A stretch of DNA of 64,000 nucleotides from Eledone cirrhosa (GCA_964016885.1 OZ024745.1:44206001-44270000), one strand, 5' to 3'. Numbered from the stretch's first letter, positions 28,740 through 43,422 are shown. Translations and numbers: made by a program. The notes: generated from the sequence alone by a model not told the origin.

Positions 28740-29690
28740 AATCGAGCAGTATATAAGAAGAAAAAGAAAAGGGAAAGGAGAAAAAAAAAAATGAAAAAAG
28801 AATCAAGCAACGAAAGAAAGGGAGAGGGGAGGGACAGTCGCTATACTCCAGTCTGAACCGTGCCTCAACCCCGCCCCGCGGACAAAACGTTACCACGAAG
28901 AATGACCAGAGACGCCCATTGCAACAGTCACCCCACCTCACGGGGCCACCGTCTTTCTGACTTTGCTGATGAAATCAGCATGGCAAGGACCAAGACGCCA
29001 GAGGTCTCGACAGAGACCAGTACAAAGAGGAAGTGGTCGGTCAGACCACTGTATTTAACTATCTTACTCTCTTCTGTAACTTCGGACAGTGGAACCCAGG
29101 TTTGTGACCAAAGCGACAAGGCTGAGAACGAGTCGCTACAGGTCGCGTCACAGATTAGGAATTTGCCCCTCACGGGGCACTTCCTATCGCTATGGTTGAG
29201 GCCAACCGGCTCCAATTATGAAGGAAAACCAGCTGCGTCGAGCCTCCTTCTGATGATGTCGTTCAGAGCAGCGTGAAGGGGAAGCTGGCCTACACTACGG
29301 CGACAAAATAACGAGTGCAGACCGAACTGGTCGACCATTGCTCTGCAACGGCATCTGTATGGCTCGTACACGCGGAGGTCGAGGCGCTGTTCCACTCCAA
29401 TGCGGGCGTACTTCTCATCTAGAAGGATACTGGTTGCTGATGAAGGCACTAAATGGAGCCGAGCGGCATTGTTTGGTTGCGAGGCGGAGCGTAGGTAGGC
29501 AAGACGGTGTTGGTCTCAGAAAGATTCGATATGCTTGAAGGCGGACATACATCAAACATAATCCCAGTTCCGTTCGACATTGGTACATTTGGAGAAGGTA
29601 AAGGCTTCGTCGGTCCAAACAATCAGAGTTGACTCCAGTTCTCGGGCCACGTCGGGTTCTGTCGTCTTGCGGAGGATCTCGTTGATATAT
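28740..29690 (-). pseudogene. CRE-clade non-LTR retrotransposon 3' part (CCHC knuckle and restriction-like endonuclease), degraded
   Basis: CRCRAMVDQFGLHSLFC, HAALNDIIRRRLDAAGFPS, EPVGL, GKFLICDATC.D, E.SKIVKY, VETSG and RGNVLSAGR. Confidence 0.85.
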
Positions 29691-30247
29691 AACATTTCAG
29701 TGCCAGGCTTAACCAATCTCTTGATTTAACAACACCACCTGTCGTCCAGTGACTGCTTCAGTGGACTCCATTCTGCTAAGTCTTAAGCCTGAAGATAACT
29801 TTCTCTCTTCTTCCTACCAGCCACAAAGACCTTCAGCTGGGTTATAGGCACTGCTCTTCATCCTTTCACTTAACCATTACAAACAGATACACAATGTCCA
29901 AGAGAATGGATATCATGGTCATTGCTGGAACGCTTTTGAGGACAGGTCTAGTCAGTCAGAGATAACCCAAAGCTAAACTACAACTAGATTGCGAATAAAA
30001 ATAATCTATATAGCCGTAGTTCAAGGCTACCGTATGCTCCAACCCATTGCAGCAAAATGTCTAACTGTTCACAAAAACTGACACTCCGTAATTATCTAAG
30101 ATCAACTTACAACTCTATCTCGCCCGACAAAAAACAAACAAACAAACAAAAAAACTAACAAACAACTACATCGACTTTCATATATCATCTTCCACTCTGT
30201 CCCTTATTCCGTCTAGTAGGCATTATTTCCATAATAAGCCCTACTAG

Positions 30248-30469
30248 GGTGGTGGATTGGCAGAATCGGTTGAGCGTCGTACAACATTCTCCGCGGTATG
30301 GAGTTACGGCCCTTTATATTTTGAGTTCAAATCCTGCCGAGCTTAGCTTTGCCTTTCATCCTTACGGGGTTGATAAAATAAAGTACTAGTAATGCACTAG
30401 GGTCGATTTAATCGACTTTCCCTTTCCCCCAAAATTGTTGGCCTCGTGCCTAAAGTAGAAATCGTTATT
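30248..30469 (+). mobile_element. Full-length SINE family A
   Basis: GGTGGTGGATTGGCAGAATCGGTTGAGCGTCG head, box B-like GAGTTCAAATCC, conserved body and tail. Confidence 0.9.
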
Positions 30470-30856
30470 TCTATAATAGCTTTTCATACCTCATTCCATG
30501 ATTCTGTTTAGTCTTCATTGGCTATTCACTGGATTACAACGATATCTACGTGGATAGAATTTGAAACTTACTAAACAGAAACAGAAAAATAATTAATGTG
30601 TTTATATTCTTTTAAAGATAAGTTCAGATATCACTTGAGCCAAAATAAGACCGGGATCGATTGTTTTTTCAACTGTTAATCGATAGTCGTGTTGATGCTC
30701 TATAACTTATATCTACTCAAATTTGTGAACTAGAAAAACCAATCTTTGATAGTAAAAAATAATTATCGAGAAGTTATATGGGCTGAATAAAGTGTATATT
30801 GAAATATCGAACATTGAAAGAATTGTTATATAAAATATGAGGCCACGCAGATCCAT

Positions 30857-31471
30857 AATGTTGGATTTGTTAGTCTATTGTAGTCTTGTACAGTGACAAG
30901 GCCACAACTAATGAAACAAATGTTGGATTTGTTAGTCTATTGTAGTCTTGTACAGTGACAAGGCCACAACTAATGAAACAAATGTTGGATTTGTTAGTCT
31001 ATTGTAGTCTTGTACAGTGACAAGGCCACAACTAATGAAACAAATGTTGGATTTGTTAGTCTATTGTAGTCTTGTACAGTGACAAGGCCACAACTAATGA
31101 AACAAATGTTGGATTTGTTAGTCTATTGTAGTCTTGTACAGTGACAAGGCCACAACTAATGAAACAAATGTTGGATTTGTTAGTCTATTGTAGTCTTGTA
31201 CAGTGACAAGGCCACAACTAATGAAACAAATGTTGGATTTGTTAGTCTATTGTAGTCTTATACAGTGACAAGGCCACAACTAATGAAACAAATGTTGGAT
31301 TTGTTAGTCTATTGTAGTCTTATACAGTGACAAGGCCACAACTAATGAAACAAATGTTGGATTTGTTAGTCTATTGTAGTCTTATACAGTGACAAGGCCA
31401 CAACTAATGAAACAAATGTTGGATTTGTTAGTCTATTGTAGTCTTATACAGTGACAAGGCCACAACTAATG
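30857..31471. repeat. 62-bp tandem repeat, about 10 copies
   Basis: Unit AATGTTGGATTTGTTAGTCTATTGTAGTCTTRTACAGTGACAAGGCCACAACTAATGAAACA starts at 30857, 30919, 30981 and so on. Confidence 0.98.
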
Positions 31472-31578
31472 TAGTTAATGAAATACATGAACATTATAAA
31501 ATGTTTATATTTTTAATCATGGATCATGTGGAGGTGGTGAAAGGAATCTTAAGTTTCACTTCCAGATTTGATTTGTAC

Positions 31579-32525
31579 TAGGGTTACAACGATTAATCGG
31601 CAGATGACCGATGTCGGCCACATCAGTCATTTTGTCGATTAATATGTATTCCCCTTTTTGCCGATAATCGGCCTTTATTGATAGGTACGTATGCCGGAAA
31701 AAGAAAACTATGGATGATAGAGAAATGTGGAAAACACACTGGATTCAGAATGTAGAAATACATAAAAATATAAATTATCTTCTAGGACTCAATAATAAAA
31801 CTATTCCTAGTGCTTGAACATGGTGATCTATACCATTGGAAATTACTTGAGACTGTCCAATGGCGTAACTCCCTGTAGGTTAAAGGATGTCAAAGTAGAA
31901 CAGACCCCCCCCCCCCTACTAACATGAGAGGACACGTGTTTATCTGATCTTTTAAAAAAAGAAATTAGTTAAAGAATTATAAAGACACCGATTTCATGTT
32001 TTTTTTTTAAAGATATTCAAACATTTTACTTAAAAACTAAAATTTAATGATCAAATTTAAGAACTCATAAATTATGATATACGACATCAACATTTCTCCA
32101 ATTTCAGAGCATAATCGATTTCTTGCAGGCTTAACAGAGCCTAATTTTGTCATCATATGCTCTCTAATAGTAGCTTCATAATTGTGATTAATTATAAGAT
32201 GGCAGTATCGGTAGAGGGTCGGACGCTATGCTTTGCAGCACAGAGTTACGCCCCTTTATGATCTGAGTTCAAATCCCGCCAAGGTTAACTTTGCCTTTCA
32301 TCCTTACGGGTTCGATAAAATAAAGTACCAGTAATGCACTGGGTAAATGCTGGCCTTGTGCCAAAAGTAGAAACAATTATATATTACAATTAATCATAAC
32401 ACGCATTTTCATATCACAACACCTAATTGTATTATAGATAATCAACAACCGATTAATTGGTATCAGTCGATAACATAAGAGCGATTAATTAGTAATCGGC
32501 CAGTTTGCTTATCAGTGCATCCCTA
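31579..32525. mobile_element. Non-autonomous hAT element with an 8-bp TSD and a nested SINE A (32200-32380)
   Basis: ATTTGTAC|TAGGGTTACAACGAT ... ATCAGTGCATCCCTA|ATTTGTAC, with subterminal ATCGG/CCGAT repeats. Confidence 0.85.
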
Positions 32526-34665
32526 ATTTGTACATCAAACAAAATATATCTCCTTCCTTTTCTCCTTATTACGAATTATCTTGTAGGATTTTAGTTACAT
32601 TTGTTTTTCTTTTTAATGGTATATATATTATTTGCAAATCATTTCAAGCCACACTGGAAACCCCGGGAGGTCGCTAGCGATCTGCTACACATATCTTATC
32701 CAGGCATAATCTACAATCTCTAAGTATCGTTTGTGATCTGGAAGAGTGATCAACATTGTTGAGAAATGTACACAAGGTTGTATATATATACACATTAAAA
32801 GTATTTAGACGTATATATATATATATCAAAGTTATCCACTTGCTTATTATTGAACAATTGGACACAAGTTTTTAATACATTACCAATTGAATGTTATACA
32901 ATCTCTATAACATATGATTTTGTAAAAGCCTCGAACATCAGCTATATGAGAACGTTTAGCTCTGTATATGATCGTAGGCATGAAGAGGGGTGGGCTTCGC
33001 CAGGCTTAAATGCCCAAGAAACGCCATATGTTAATGCGGAAATATGAAGAATGTCACATTGCGAGTGAATGATGCAAATCGTTTCTATTTGAAGAGAAAT
33101 GAGAGACAGAAGAGTATAAGATCTAAATCCAGCAAAGAAATTATCCAAAACAACTTTTTTTTTTAGTTAAAAAAATCCGCTGAGGTCCACTTTGTTTTAT
33201 TTAAATCTTATCGGGAAAGATAATAAAAGTCAAAGTAAAAAAATAATAAACCGAGTTAGTTTAATCAACGATGCCGACTTCCCTTCTAATCAAAACAAAT
33301 TTTGCAATATTTGTCCAGCACAGTTATCACAATGAAATGATATTAAGTAGCCATTCAACAGCTGTATTTGGTCGGAGAATATCTGTTCACACACGTCCAT
33401 CATGTTTATGTTTGCACCAATAAACATTGTTTAATTCAGTGATGCTTTTACCAACACTTGTGATATTTCCCCCAACTCTTGTGATATTTCCCTCAACACC
33501 TTTCTATAATCACATTGGTGGCGGTCAGAATTTCTCTACATTTGTCTACGTGAACGAGTGTGAGTGTGTGATTTTTTTTTATGTGTGTAGTTGTGCATTT
33601 ATGTATCGATGTATCGATGTGTGTCTCTGTAGGTGGCTATGTGTATGCGTGCATTATTGAGCATATTAGTGTGAAATTGTGTGTTTATATATATATATAT
33701 ATATGTCTCGGTGTTTGCAGTTGTGTGTATATGTGAATTTGTGTATGTATGTGACTGAGTGAATGTGAGTGTCAGTGTGCATGTGTATGTGTGTGTGTGT
33801 GTGCATGTGAGAGTGGGAGTGTTTGTCTGTGTGTGTGCGCGCGCGCGCATGTGTGTGTATATATAAAGAAGTATATTTGTGTGTGTGTGTTTGTGCATGT
33901 GGGAGTGTGTGTATGTGAGTGTGTGCGTGTGCATAAGTGTATGTATGTATGTATGTATGTATGTATGTATGTATGTATGTATGTATGCGAAAAGAAAAAA
34001 AGAAAGAGAGACGCGATTAATTGTAATCGAGTTTCGCCATTTTTACCGTGCTTTATTTTCCTATTTGACGTCACTGGAAGTTTGGGTAGAGAGCATAACG
34101 AAAAGAAGAAGTTATGATATCATTTGCAAATCTGATTCTCTATGGTAATGTTGTAATTCTATGTTGAGCGGATGCCAAGAGTTTCCAACACGAGTCGCTT
34201 CAAGTGCTGTCGATGGAGAGGTAACAATAACATGGCAACGGCGAACTAACTGAAATTTTAGCACTTCATAGCATGATAATAAATAAACGGCATATCTTAG
34301 CTCCCTTAAGCTTTATAATTATAATTACTTACCGACTACAGATGAAAGCGAAATTACATATACAGTTTTATACGTAATGTATTGGACCGGCAGAGGGATA
34401 GGAAGAGGAAAAGAGGGCATCAAGGTGAAAGAGAGTGAATGTGTGTGTATACATATGTATATGTATGTGTGTATGTATGTGTGTGTGTGTGGCGTATGTC
34501 TAGAGAAAGAGATAGGGGGAGGGAGAGAGAGGGGGGAGGGAGAAAGCAATAAGAGGAAAATAGAAATATAGATATGAAAGTAGGTAGGTGCATACATAGA
34601 TTCATATATACATACTTACATATATAAATAAACACAAACACATACATATATATAGACACACTTAC

Positions 34666-34698
<33 letters not shown>

Positions 34699-34741
34699 TT
34701 TATCCATACGTACATATATACCAACAGACACACAAATAGTT

Positions 34742-34800
<59 letters not shown>

Positions 34801-34926
34801 TGCGGAGAGAATGTAAGTAATAAAAAGGGAAAAAGTGAGTGATATATATGTATATATGTGTGTATGTGTATGTGTGAGTATGCATGTAAGTATGTATGTA
34901 TGTGTATGTGTGAGTATGTATGTAAG

Positions 34927-34997
<71 letters not shown>

Positions 34998-35250
34998 ATA
35001 TAGATCTAAATATATTTGGAGAGAAGGGGAGACAATAATCAAGATATAGACTGGGGAAGAGGGAAGGAATGAGAGAGGAGCGGGGAAGATTGAAGAAAAA
35101 AAGAGAGAAAGAGAGAAAGGTAGGAAAGAGTGGACTCTATTTAAGATATGTAACAGGAAGGAAACAAACGACGAAAATAACTGCAATACATAAAATTCGT
35201 TTAACCTCATTGGCGATGGCGTGCAAGTCGGAACAGTGCGACATTAGATG

Positions 35251-35394
<144 letters not shown>

Positions 35395-35458
35395 AATGAA
35401 GTATTTCCGTCGGAAGGGTACAGCAAAAAAGAGTGCTCTATGTAGGCTACAGAGCTTA

Positions 35459-35626
35459 TTAGTTATGTAATAAACAACATAAGATAATTATTTCATTTAC
35501 CGGTGGTTTCTTGAAGGCAGATGTTGTGTCTGTCTTCAGTCGTCACTGAAGACAGACACAACATCTGCCTTCAAGAAACCACTGGTAAATGAAATAATTA
35601 TCTTATGTTGTTTATTACATAACTAA
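35459..35626. repeat. 168-bp palindrome abutting (TA)n, with an irregular hammerhead-like motif
   Basis: The arms mirror around CAGT-CGTC-ACTG and contain CTGAAGA...GAAACCAC(C/T)GGTA. Confidence 0.9.
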
Positions 35627-35636
35627 ATATATATAT

Positions 35637-35740
35637 ATAGTGACGAACCATAAGTCAATTGCATGAACTCATAATCTTTTATTTACTGCAGTAAATAAAG
35701 GATTATGAGTTCATGCAATTGACTTACGTTTCGTCACTAT
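35637..35740. repeat. 104-bp spacerless palindrome centred on CTGCAG
   Basis: ATAGTGACGAA mirrors TTCGTCACTAT. Confidence 0.92.
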
Positions 35741-35897
35741 TATAACTCCGGAACTTATATCTTCGTTGAGTGCTCCCTATCCGCATACTGAAGTACTGGA
35801 TTTTACCAACACTTACTTTCTTGCTTATATATATATCATGTGTGTGTATGTGTGTATACATCTATATGCAGTCACAAATACTTACATGCACACGTAC

Positions 35898-35985
<88 letters not shown>

Positions 35986-36212
35986 AGATAGATAGATAGA
36001 TGCATCCATATATACATAGATACATTCAGCCATTAATGCATACATATATACATGCATACACGCATGCATGCAAGCTTACATACATACATGCATAAATAAT
36101 TACATGCATGCATGCATGCATACATTCATGCAGGTATACAGACATACATACATACGTACATACGTACATATATACATACATACGCACATACATACATACA
36201 TACATACATACA

Positions 36213-36246
<34 letters not shown>

Positions 36247-36669
36247 CATACATGGATACATAAATACATATATACATATATGCATACATACATATATACA
36301 TATATACATACGTACATATATACATGCATGCATACATATATATACATACGTGTGGCATTAACGGACCTCTGAAAGCTTGTAAAACATTTCCAAAGTTTAG
36401 TCAATAGTATGGACACATACACATGTGAACTTACATAGACACCAAACATGTGTATATATGTACACATGTATATATACACACGTGTATATGCACACATCAA
36501 CAAATGAAACACATACGTGCATATACACATGTATAGGTATACACATGTTTGCATATACACATGTTTGCAAACATGTGTATATGCAAACATGTGTATACCT
36601 ACACATGTGTATATGCACGTATGTGTATACCTACACATGTGTATATGCACGTATGTGTTTCATTTGTTG

Positions 36670-36890
36670 GGACAACGGAACTGCCTGTATGTCAAATTAA
36701 CATGACGGAGCATTTCACAGACATGAGTATCCTTCACGTTGTTCTCGTGGAGATTCAGCGTGACACAGTATGTGACAAGGCTGTGTGGGTTGGAGGTCCA
36801 GGTACAATTACAGATACAATTCACTTTTGTTAATCGAGAGGATTGGGATAACATGAACAAAAGAATCTTGCTCCTGAACATAACAAGTCT
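36670..36890 (-). mobile_element. SINE family B, diverged copy
   Basis: GATTCAGCGTGACACAGTATGTGACAAGGCTG and CAGGTACA are shared with 51597-51885 and 58460-58790 and with the 109-bp satellite unit. Confidence 0.65.
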
Positions 36891-37351
36891 CTAGGAATCA
36901 AACTAAGAGTGAGTCGAAAACCCTCACGACTAAGGTGGTCAGGCTGGTGATACGATGAAAAAGTACCCAGTCCAACCTATCAGTTGATCGGGTTGGTGAC
37001 ACGATAAAAAGCCCACAGTCCACGCTGTAAATGTGGTTGGCTTTAGGGAGGGTATCCAGCCTTAAAATCCAAGCCAAAAGCAGTTCACTATGAGCAAGAC
37101 ATGGTCATCTGATCTGACTTAGAACGGGACAACTCGTCTAACCCAGACTAGCGTGAAAAATGGACGTAAAACGATTGTATATATAAATCTGGATAAAACC
37201 AGTTTAAAACTAGTTAGACCATTACTCAACAGAGTACTCGATACTCGGGGTAGTAGAGTATGGCTATATTAAACGGACTCGGGACCCACGGCAGAGCTCT
37301 TGCCGTTTCAACAGCTAATCCCAGATAGGAACTAGCTGTTGAAAACGGCCG

Positions 37352-37390
<39 letters not shown>

Positions 37391-37395
<5 letters not shown>

Positions 37396-37426
37396 TATGT
37401 TATTGCAGTTCCTATATGTATATATA

Positions 37427-37457
<31 letters not shown>

Positions 37458-37491
37458 TGCTATGTTATTGCAGTTCCTATATGTATATATA

Positions 37492-37587
<96 letters not shown>

Positions 37588-37690
37588 TTGCTATGTTATT
37601 GCAGTTCCTATATGTATATATATGAATATATATATATATATATATATATATTCATATATATACATATAGGAACTGCAATAACATAGCAAT
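37391..37690. repeat. Three direct copies and one inverted copy of a 40-bp unit separated by (TA)n
   Basis: ATTGCTATGTTATTGCAGTTCCTATATGTATATATATGAA at 37391, 37456 and 37587; inverted copy at 37651-37690. Confidence 0.92.
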
Positions 37691-37743
37691 TACAGAACTG
37701 AAAGTATGTAAAACATTCCAAAAGATACACATACAAATATACG

Positions 37744-37774
<31 letters not shown>

Positions 37775-38113
37775 ATGTGTGTGTGTGTTGATATACACAC
37801 ACACACACATACATAAGTCAATACGTATGAATCCTTGCCACCTGCAACAACATGCACACATACACACTTACATACATGACTGGCTTAGCAAGTCGATGTC
37901 TAATAAATTCCAATGAAAGAGCTTTGTTTCTGGGTAGGAACATTTTAACATTGTTGAGAACATTTTAAAAATAAAAGCAGAACACACAACAACTCTAAAA
38001 GATATGTAATACTGTTTAAGTGTGTATGTGTCTGTGAATTAGATAAGCTAAGCTAGCTGGTCAACAAGACTAGATACAATTTATCTATCTATACATACAT
38101 ATTTATCTATCTA

Positions 38114-38150
<37 letters not shown>

Positions 38151-38160
38151 GCGCGCACAT

Positions 38161-38236
<76 letters not shown>

Positions 38237-38317
38237 TGATCGATCGACTTTCGTCAAATCGGACCAAGGAAACAATGTTTCCGTTGGTCTTTCCAGTTGC
38301 TAGTACTATCTATCGGT

Positions 38318-38363
<46 letters not shown>

Positions 38364-38450
38364 GTAGGAGGTGAGTTTTATTGTAGTACAATAAAGCAAT
38401 GCAGATATCGGATAAGAAGCACTCTACAGTTTGTAGGACTGGAGTATGCA

Positions 38451-38484
<34 letters not shown>

Positions 38485-38567
38485 CATGCACACACACATT
38501 CACTTACACAAAATTATCAATCTATCTATCTTTCTCTCTCTTCCCTCTCGTTCTCTCTCTCTCCCGC

Positions 38568-38719
<152 letters not shown>

Positions 38720-38740
38720 GTGTGTGTGTGCGTATACTCT

Positions 38741-38802
<62 letters not shown>

Positions 38803-38963
38803 ATGTGTGTGTGTGCGTGTGTGTAAATATATATTTACATACATATATCTTTAGATACCTATTTATTTACACACATATATATACTTATATATGTCAAAAG
38901 AGGGAAATAACTCACACACAAACACACACATACACGCACACACGCACTCGCACACTTCCACCC

Positions 38964-39017
<54 letters not shown>

Positions 39018-39124
39018 GTGTATATATATATTGAGTGTACAAAGAGAGTAAAAGAAACAGAAAAAGTGAGAATGAGAGATTTAATGCGTACACTCTTATC
39101 TCTCTCTCTTTCTCTCTCTCTCTC

Positions 39125-39382
39125 ATACACACACACACACACACATATATATATACATATATGTCTGTGTGATATATATGTGTGTGTGCGTATGCATACA
39201 TACTTACATATATATTTATATATACATACATGTATACACACACACATACATACACACACACACATATATATATATATATACATATATGTCTGTGTGATAT
39301 ATATGTGTGTGTGTGTGTGCGTATGCATACATACTTACATATATATATTTATATATACATACATGTATACACACACATACAT

Positions 39383-39417
<35 letters not shown>

Positions 39418-39514
39418 ATATGTGTGTGTGATATATATGTGTGTGTGTGCGTATGCATACATACTTACATATATATATTTATATATACATACATGTATAC
39501 ACACACACATACGT

Positions 39515-39565
<51 letters not shown>

Positions 39566-39670
39566 ATATATATGTGTGCGTGTGTGTGTATGCATACATA
39601 CTTACATATATATATTTATATATACATACATGTATACACACAGACATACATAGACACACACACACACACG

Positions 39671-39740
<70 letters not shown>

Positions 39741-39820
39741 ATATATATGTGTGTGTGTGTGCGTATGCATACATACTTACATATATATATTTATATATAC
39801 ATACATGTATACACACACAA

Positions 39821-39870
<50 letters not shown>

Positions 39871-39981
39871 GTGTGTGTGATATATATGTGTGTGTGTGTG
39901 CGTATGCATACATACTTACATATATATATTTATATATACATACATGTATACACACACATACATACATACACACACACACAC

Positions 39982-40072
<91 letters not shown>

Positions 40073-40190
40073 ATATATATGTGTGTGTGTGTGTGCGTAT
40101 GCATACATACTTACATATATATATTTATATATACATACATGTATACACACACACACACATACATACACACATACATATGCACACACACTG
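39125..40190. repeat. Compound minisatellite, about 7 units of 130-195 bp built from (TA)/(CA)/(TG) runs
   Basis: The core TATGCATACATACTTACATATATAT occurs seven times. Confidence 0.9.
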
Positions 40191-40377
40191 AGAAACACAC
40201 GTACACAGGCCGGTATCCCTAGACAGACATATAGAGAGACGGTCTGACAACAGTCATACTTAGTATAATGTCTGTTCCACGGACAGATCAATATAAGAGA
40301 TATTAGCTATCGCTTGGCAATCTAATTATAAAAGTCGATGGCTAAATACGCAACGCAAAACTGAAAAATCTATCGTG

Positions 40378-43198
40378 CTTGTTGTTACTATTACTAGTGT
40401 TGTAGTTGTTGTTGTGGTGGTAGTGGTGGTGGTAGTGGTGGTAGTTGTTGTGTGGTGGTAGTGGTGGTAGTTGTTGTTGTGGTGGTAGTTGTTGTTGTGG
40501 TGGTAGTGGTGGTAGTTGTTGTTGTGGTGGTAGTGGTGGTGGTGGTAATTGTTGTGGTAGTGGTGGTAGTTGTTGTTGTGGTGGTGGTGGTAGTTGTAGT
40601 TGTGGTGGTAGTTGTTGTTGTGGTGGTGGTGGTGGTAGTTGTTGTTGTGGTAGTTGTTGTTGTGGTGGTGGTCGTAGTTGTTGTTGTGGTTGTTGTGGTG
40701 GTAGTACTTGTTGTGGTAGTGGTGGTAGTTGTTGTTGTGGTAGTGGTGGTAGTTGTTGTTGTGGTAGTGGTGGTAGTTGCTGTTGTGGTGGTGGTGGTGG
40801 TGGTGGTGGTAGTGGTGGTAGTTGTTGTTGTGGTGGTGGTGGTGGTAGTGGTGGTAGTTGTTGTTGTGGTTGTGGTGGTGGAAGTTGTAGTTGTGGTGGT
40901 AGTGGTATTGGTGGTAATTGTTGTAGTTGTGGTGGTAGTTGTTGTTACTATTACTAGTGTTGTAGTTGTTGTTGTGGTGGTAGTGGTGGTAGTTGTGATG
41001 GTAGTTGTTGTGTGGTGGTAGTTGTTGTTGTGGTAGTTGTTGTTGTGGTGGTGGTCGTAGTTGTTGTTGTGGTTGTTGTGGTGGTAGTACTTGTTGTGGT
41101 AGTGGTGGTAGTTGTTGTTGTGGTAGTGGTGGTAGTTGTTGTTGTGGTAGTGGTGGTAGTTGTTGTTGTGGTGGTGGTGGTGGTGGTGGTGGTAGTTGTT
41201 GTTGTGGTGGTGGTGGTGGTAGTGGTGGTAGTTGTTGTTGTGGTTGTGGTGGTGGAAGTTGTAGTTGTGGTGGTAGTGGTATTGGTGGTAATTGTTGTAG
41301 TTGTGGTGGTAGTTGTTGTTACTATTACTAGTGTTGTAGTTGTTGTTGTGGTGGTGGTGGTGGTAGTGGTGGTAGTTGTTGTGTGGTGATAGTGGTGGTG
41401 GTGGTGGTGGTAGTGGTGGTAGTTGTTGTTGTGGTGGTGGTGGTGGTGGTAGTGGTGGTAGTTGTTGTTGTGGTGGTGGTAGTTGTAGTTGTGGTGGTAG
41501 TGGTATTGGTGGTAATTGTTGTGGTAGTGGTGGTAGTTGTTGTTGTGGTGGTGGTGGTGGTAGTGGTGGTAGCTGTTGTTGTGGTGGTGGTGGTCGTAGT
41601 TGTTGTTGTGGTTGTTGTGGTGGTAGTACTTGTTGTGGTAGTGGTGCTAGTTGTTGTTGTGGTAGTGGTGGTAGTTGTTGTTGTGGTAGTGGTGGTAGTT
41701 GTTGTTGTGGTGGTAGTGGTGGTAGTTGTTGTTGTTGTGGTGGTGGTGGTGGTGGTAGTGGTGGTAGTTGTTGTTGTGGTGGTGGTGGTAGTTGTTGTGG
41801 TAGTGGTGGTAGTTGTTGTTGTGGTGGTGGTGGTGGTGGTAGTGGTGGTAGTTGTTGTTGGGGTGGTGGTGGTGGTAGTTGTAGTTGTGGTGGTGGTGGT
41901 AGTTGTTGTTGTGGTGGTGGTGATGGTAGTGGTGGTAGTTGTAGTTGTGGTGGTGGTGGTAGTTGTTGTGGTAGTGGTGGTAGTTGTTGTTGTGGTGGTA
42001 GTTGTTGTGGTACTGGTGGTAGTTGTTGTTGTGGTGGTGGTGATGGTAGTAGTTGTTGTGGTACTGGTGGTAGTTGTTGTGGTAGTGGTGGTGTTAGTGG
42101 TTTTTGTGGTAGTGGTGGTAGTTGTTGTTGTTGTGGTTGTTACTATTACTATTGTTGTGGTTGTTGTTGTGGTGGTGGTAGTGGTAGTTGTTGTGGTAGT
42201 TGTTGTTGCAGTGGTGGTGGTAGTTGTTGTTGTGGTTGTGGTTGTGGTGGTGGTAGTTGTGGTGGTAGTGGTGGTAGTTGTTGTGGTGGTAGTGGTGGTA
42301 GTTGTTGTTGTGGTGGTAGTGGTAGTTGTGGTGGTGGTGGTAGTTGTTGTTGTGGTGGTGGTGGTAGTTGTTGTTGTTGTTGTGGTTGTGGTGGTGGCGG
42401 TAGTAGTTGTTGTTGTTGTGGTTGTGGTGGTGGTGGTAGTAGTTGTGGTGGTTGTGGTGGTGGTAGTTGTTGTGGTGGTAGTAATTGTAGTTGTTGTTGT
42501 TGTGGTGGTAGTGGTAGTTGTTGTTGTGGTGGTGGTGGTAGTTGTTGTGGTGGTGGTGGTAGTGGTAGTTGTGGTTGTTGTTGTGGTGGTAGTGGTAGTT
42601 GTTGTTGTGGTTGTGGTGGTGGTGGTGGTGGTAGTTGTAGTAGTAGTTGTTGTGGTAGTGGTGGTAGTTGTTGTTGTGGTGGTAGTGGTAGTTGTTGTTG
42701 TGGTGGTGGTGGTAGTTGTTGTGGTGGTGGTGGTAGTGGTAGTTGTGGTTGTTGTTGTGGTGGTAGTGGTAGTTGTTGTTGTGGTTGTGGTGGTGGTGGT
42801 GGTGGTAGTTGTAGTAGTAGTTGTTGTGGTAGTGGTGGTAGTTGTTGTTGTGGTGGTAGTGGTAGTTGTTGTTGTGGTTGTGGTGGTGGTGGTGGTGGTA
42901 GTTGTTGTGGTGGTGGTGGTAGTGGTAGTTGTGGTAGTAGTTGTTGTGGTAGTGGTGGTAGTTGTTGTTGTGGTGGTAGTGGTAGTTGTTGTTGTGGTTG
43001 TGGTGGTGGTGGTGGTGGTAGTTGTTGTTGTGGTTGTGGTGGTGGTGGTGGTGGTAGTTGTTGTTGTGGTGGTAGTGGTGGTAGTATTTGTAGTTGTTGT
43101 GGTGGTAGTGGTGGTTGTTGTTGATGTTGTTATTATTGTTATGATAGTAATAGTAGTTATCGTTGTTCTTACATTATCGTTGCTGTTAAAGAAACCAT

Positions 43199-43254
<56 letters not shown>

Positions 43255-43306
43255 CTAGTAGTAGTGGTGGTGTGGTGGTGGTAGTGGTGGTGGTAGTAGT
43301 GGTGGC

Positions 43307-43375
<69 letters not shown>

Positions 43376-43422
43376 TGTTGTTGTATAAGTAGTTGTAGTA
43401 GTAAGTAGTAGTTGTTGTTGCT

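Noticed and set aside
34060-34245. TGACGTCA (CRE site) and CATGGCAAC (RFX half-site, also near 44567) as a promoter
   Set aside because: Short motifs are expected by chance, and no linked exon or transcription start evidence is visible.
37285-37350. Hairpin GCCGTTTCAACAGCTA/TAGCTGTTGAAAACGGC beside (TA)n as another hammerhead pair
   Set aside because: The minus strand has GAAA and a stem III, but G at position 17 and no CUGANGA. It is too short to call.
40445-43284. Gly/Cys/Ser-rich, keratin-associated-protein-like and poly-Val ORFs (poly-Thr on the minus strand)
   Set aside because: These are translations of a (GGT/TGT/AGT)n tract that lacks stops by composition. There are frame slips between blocks and no signal peptide or splice evidence.
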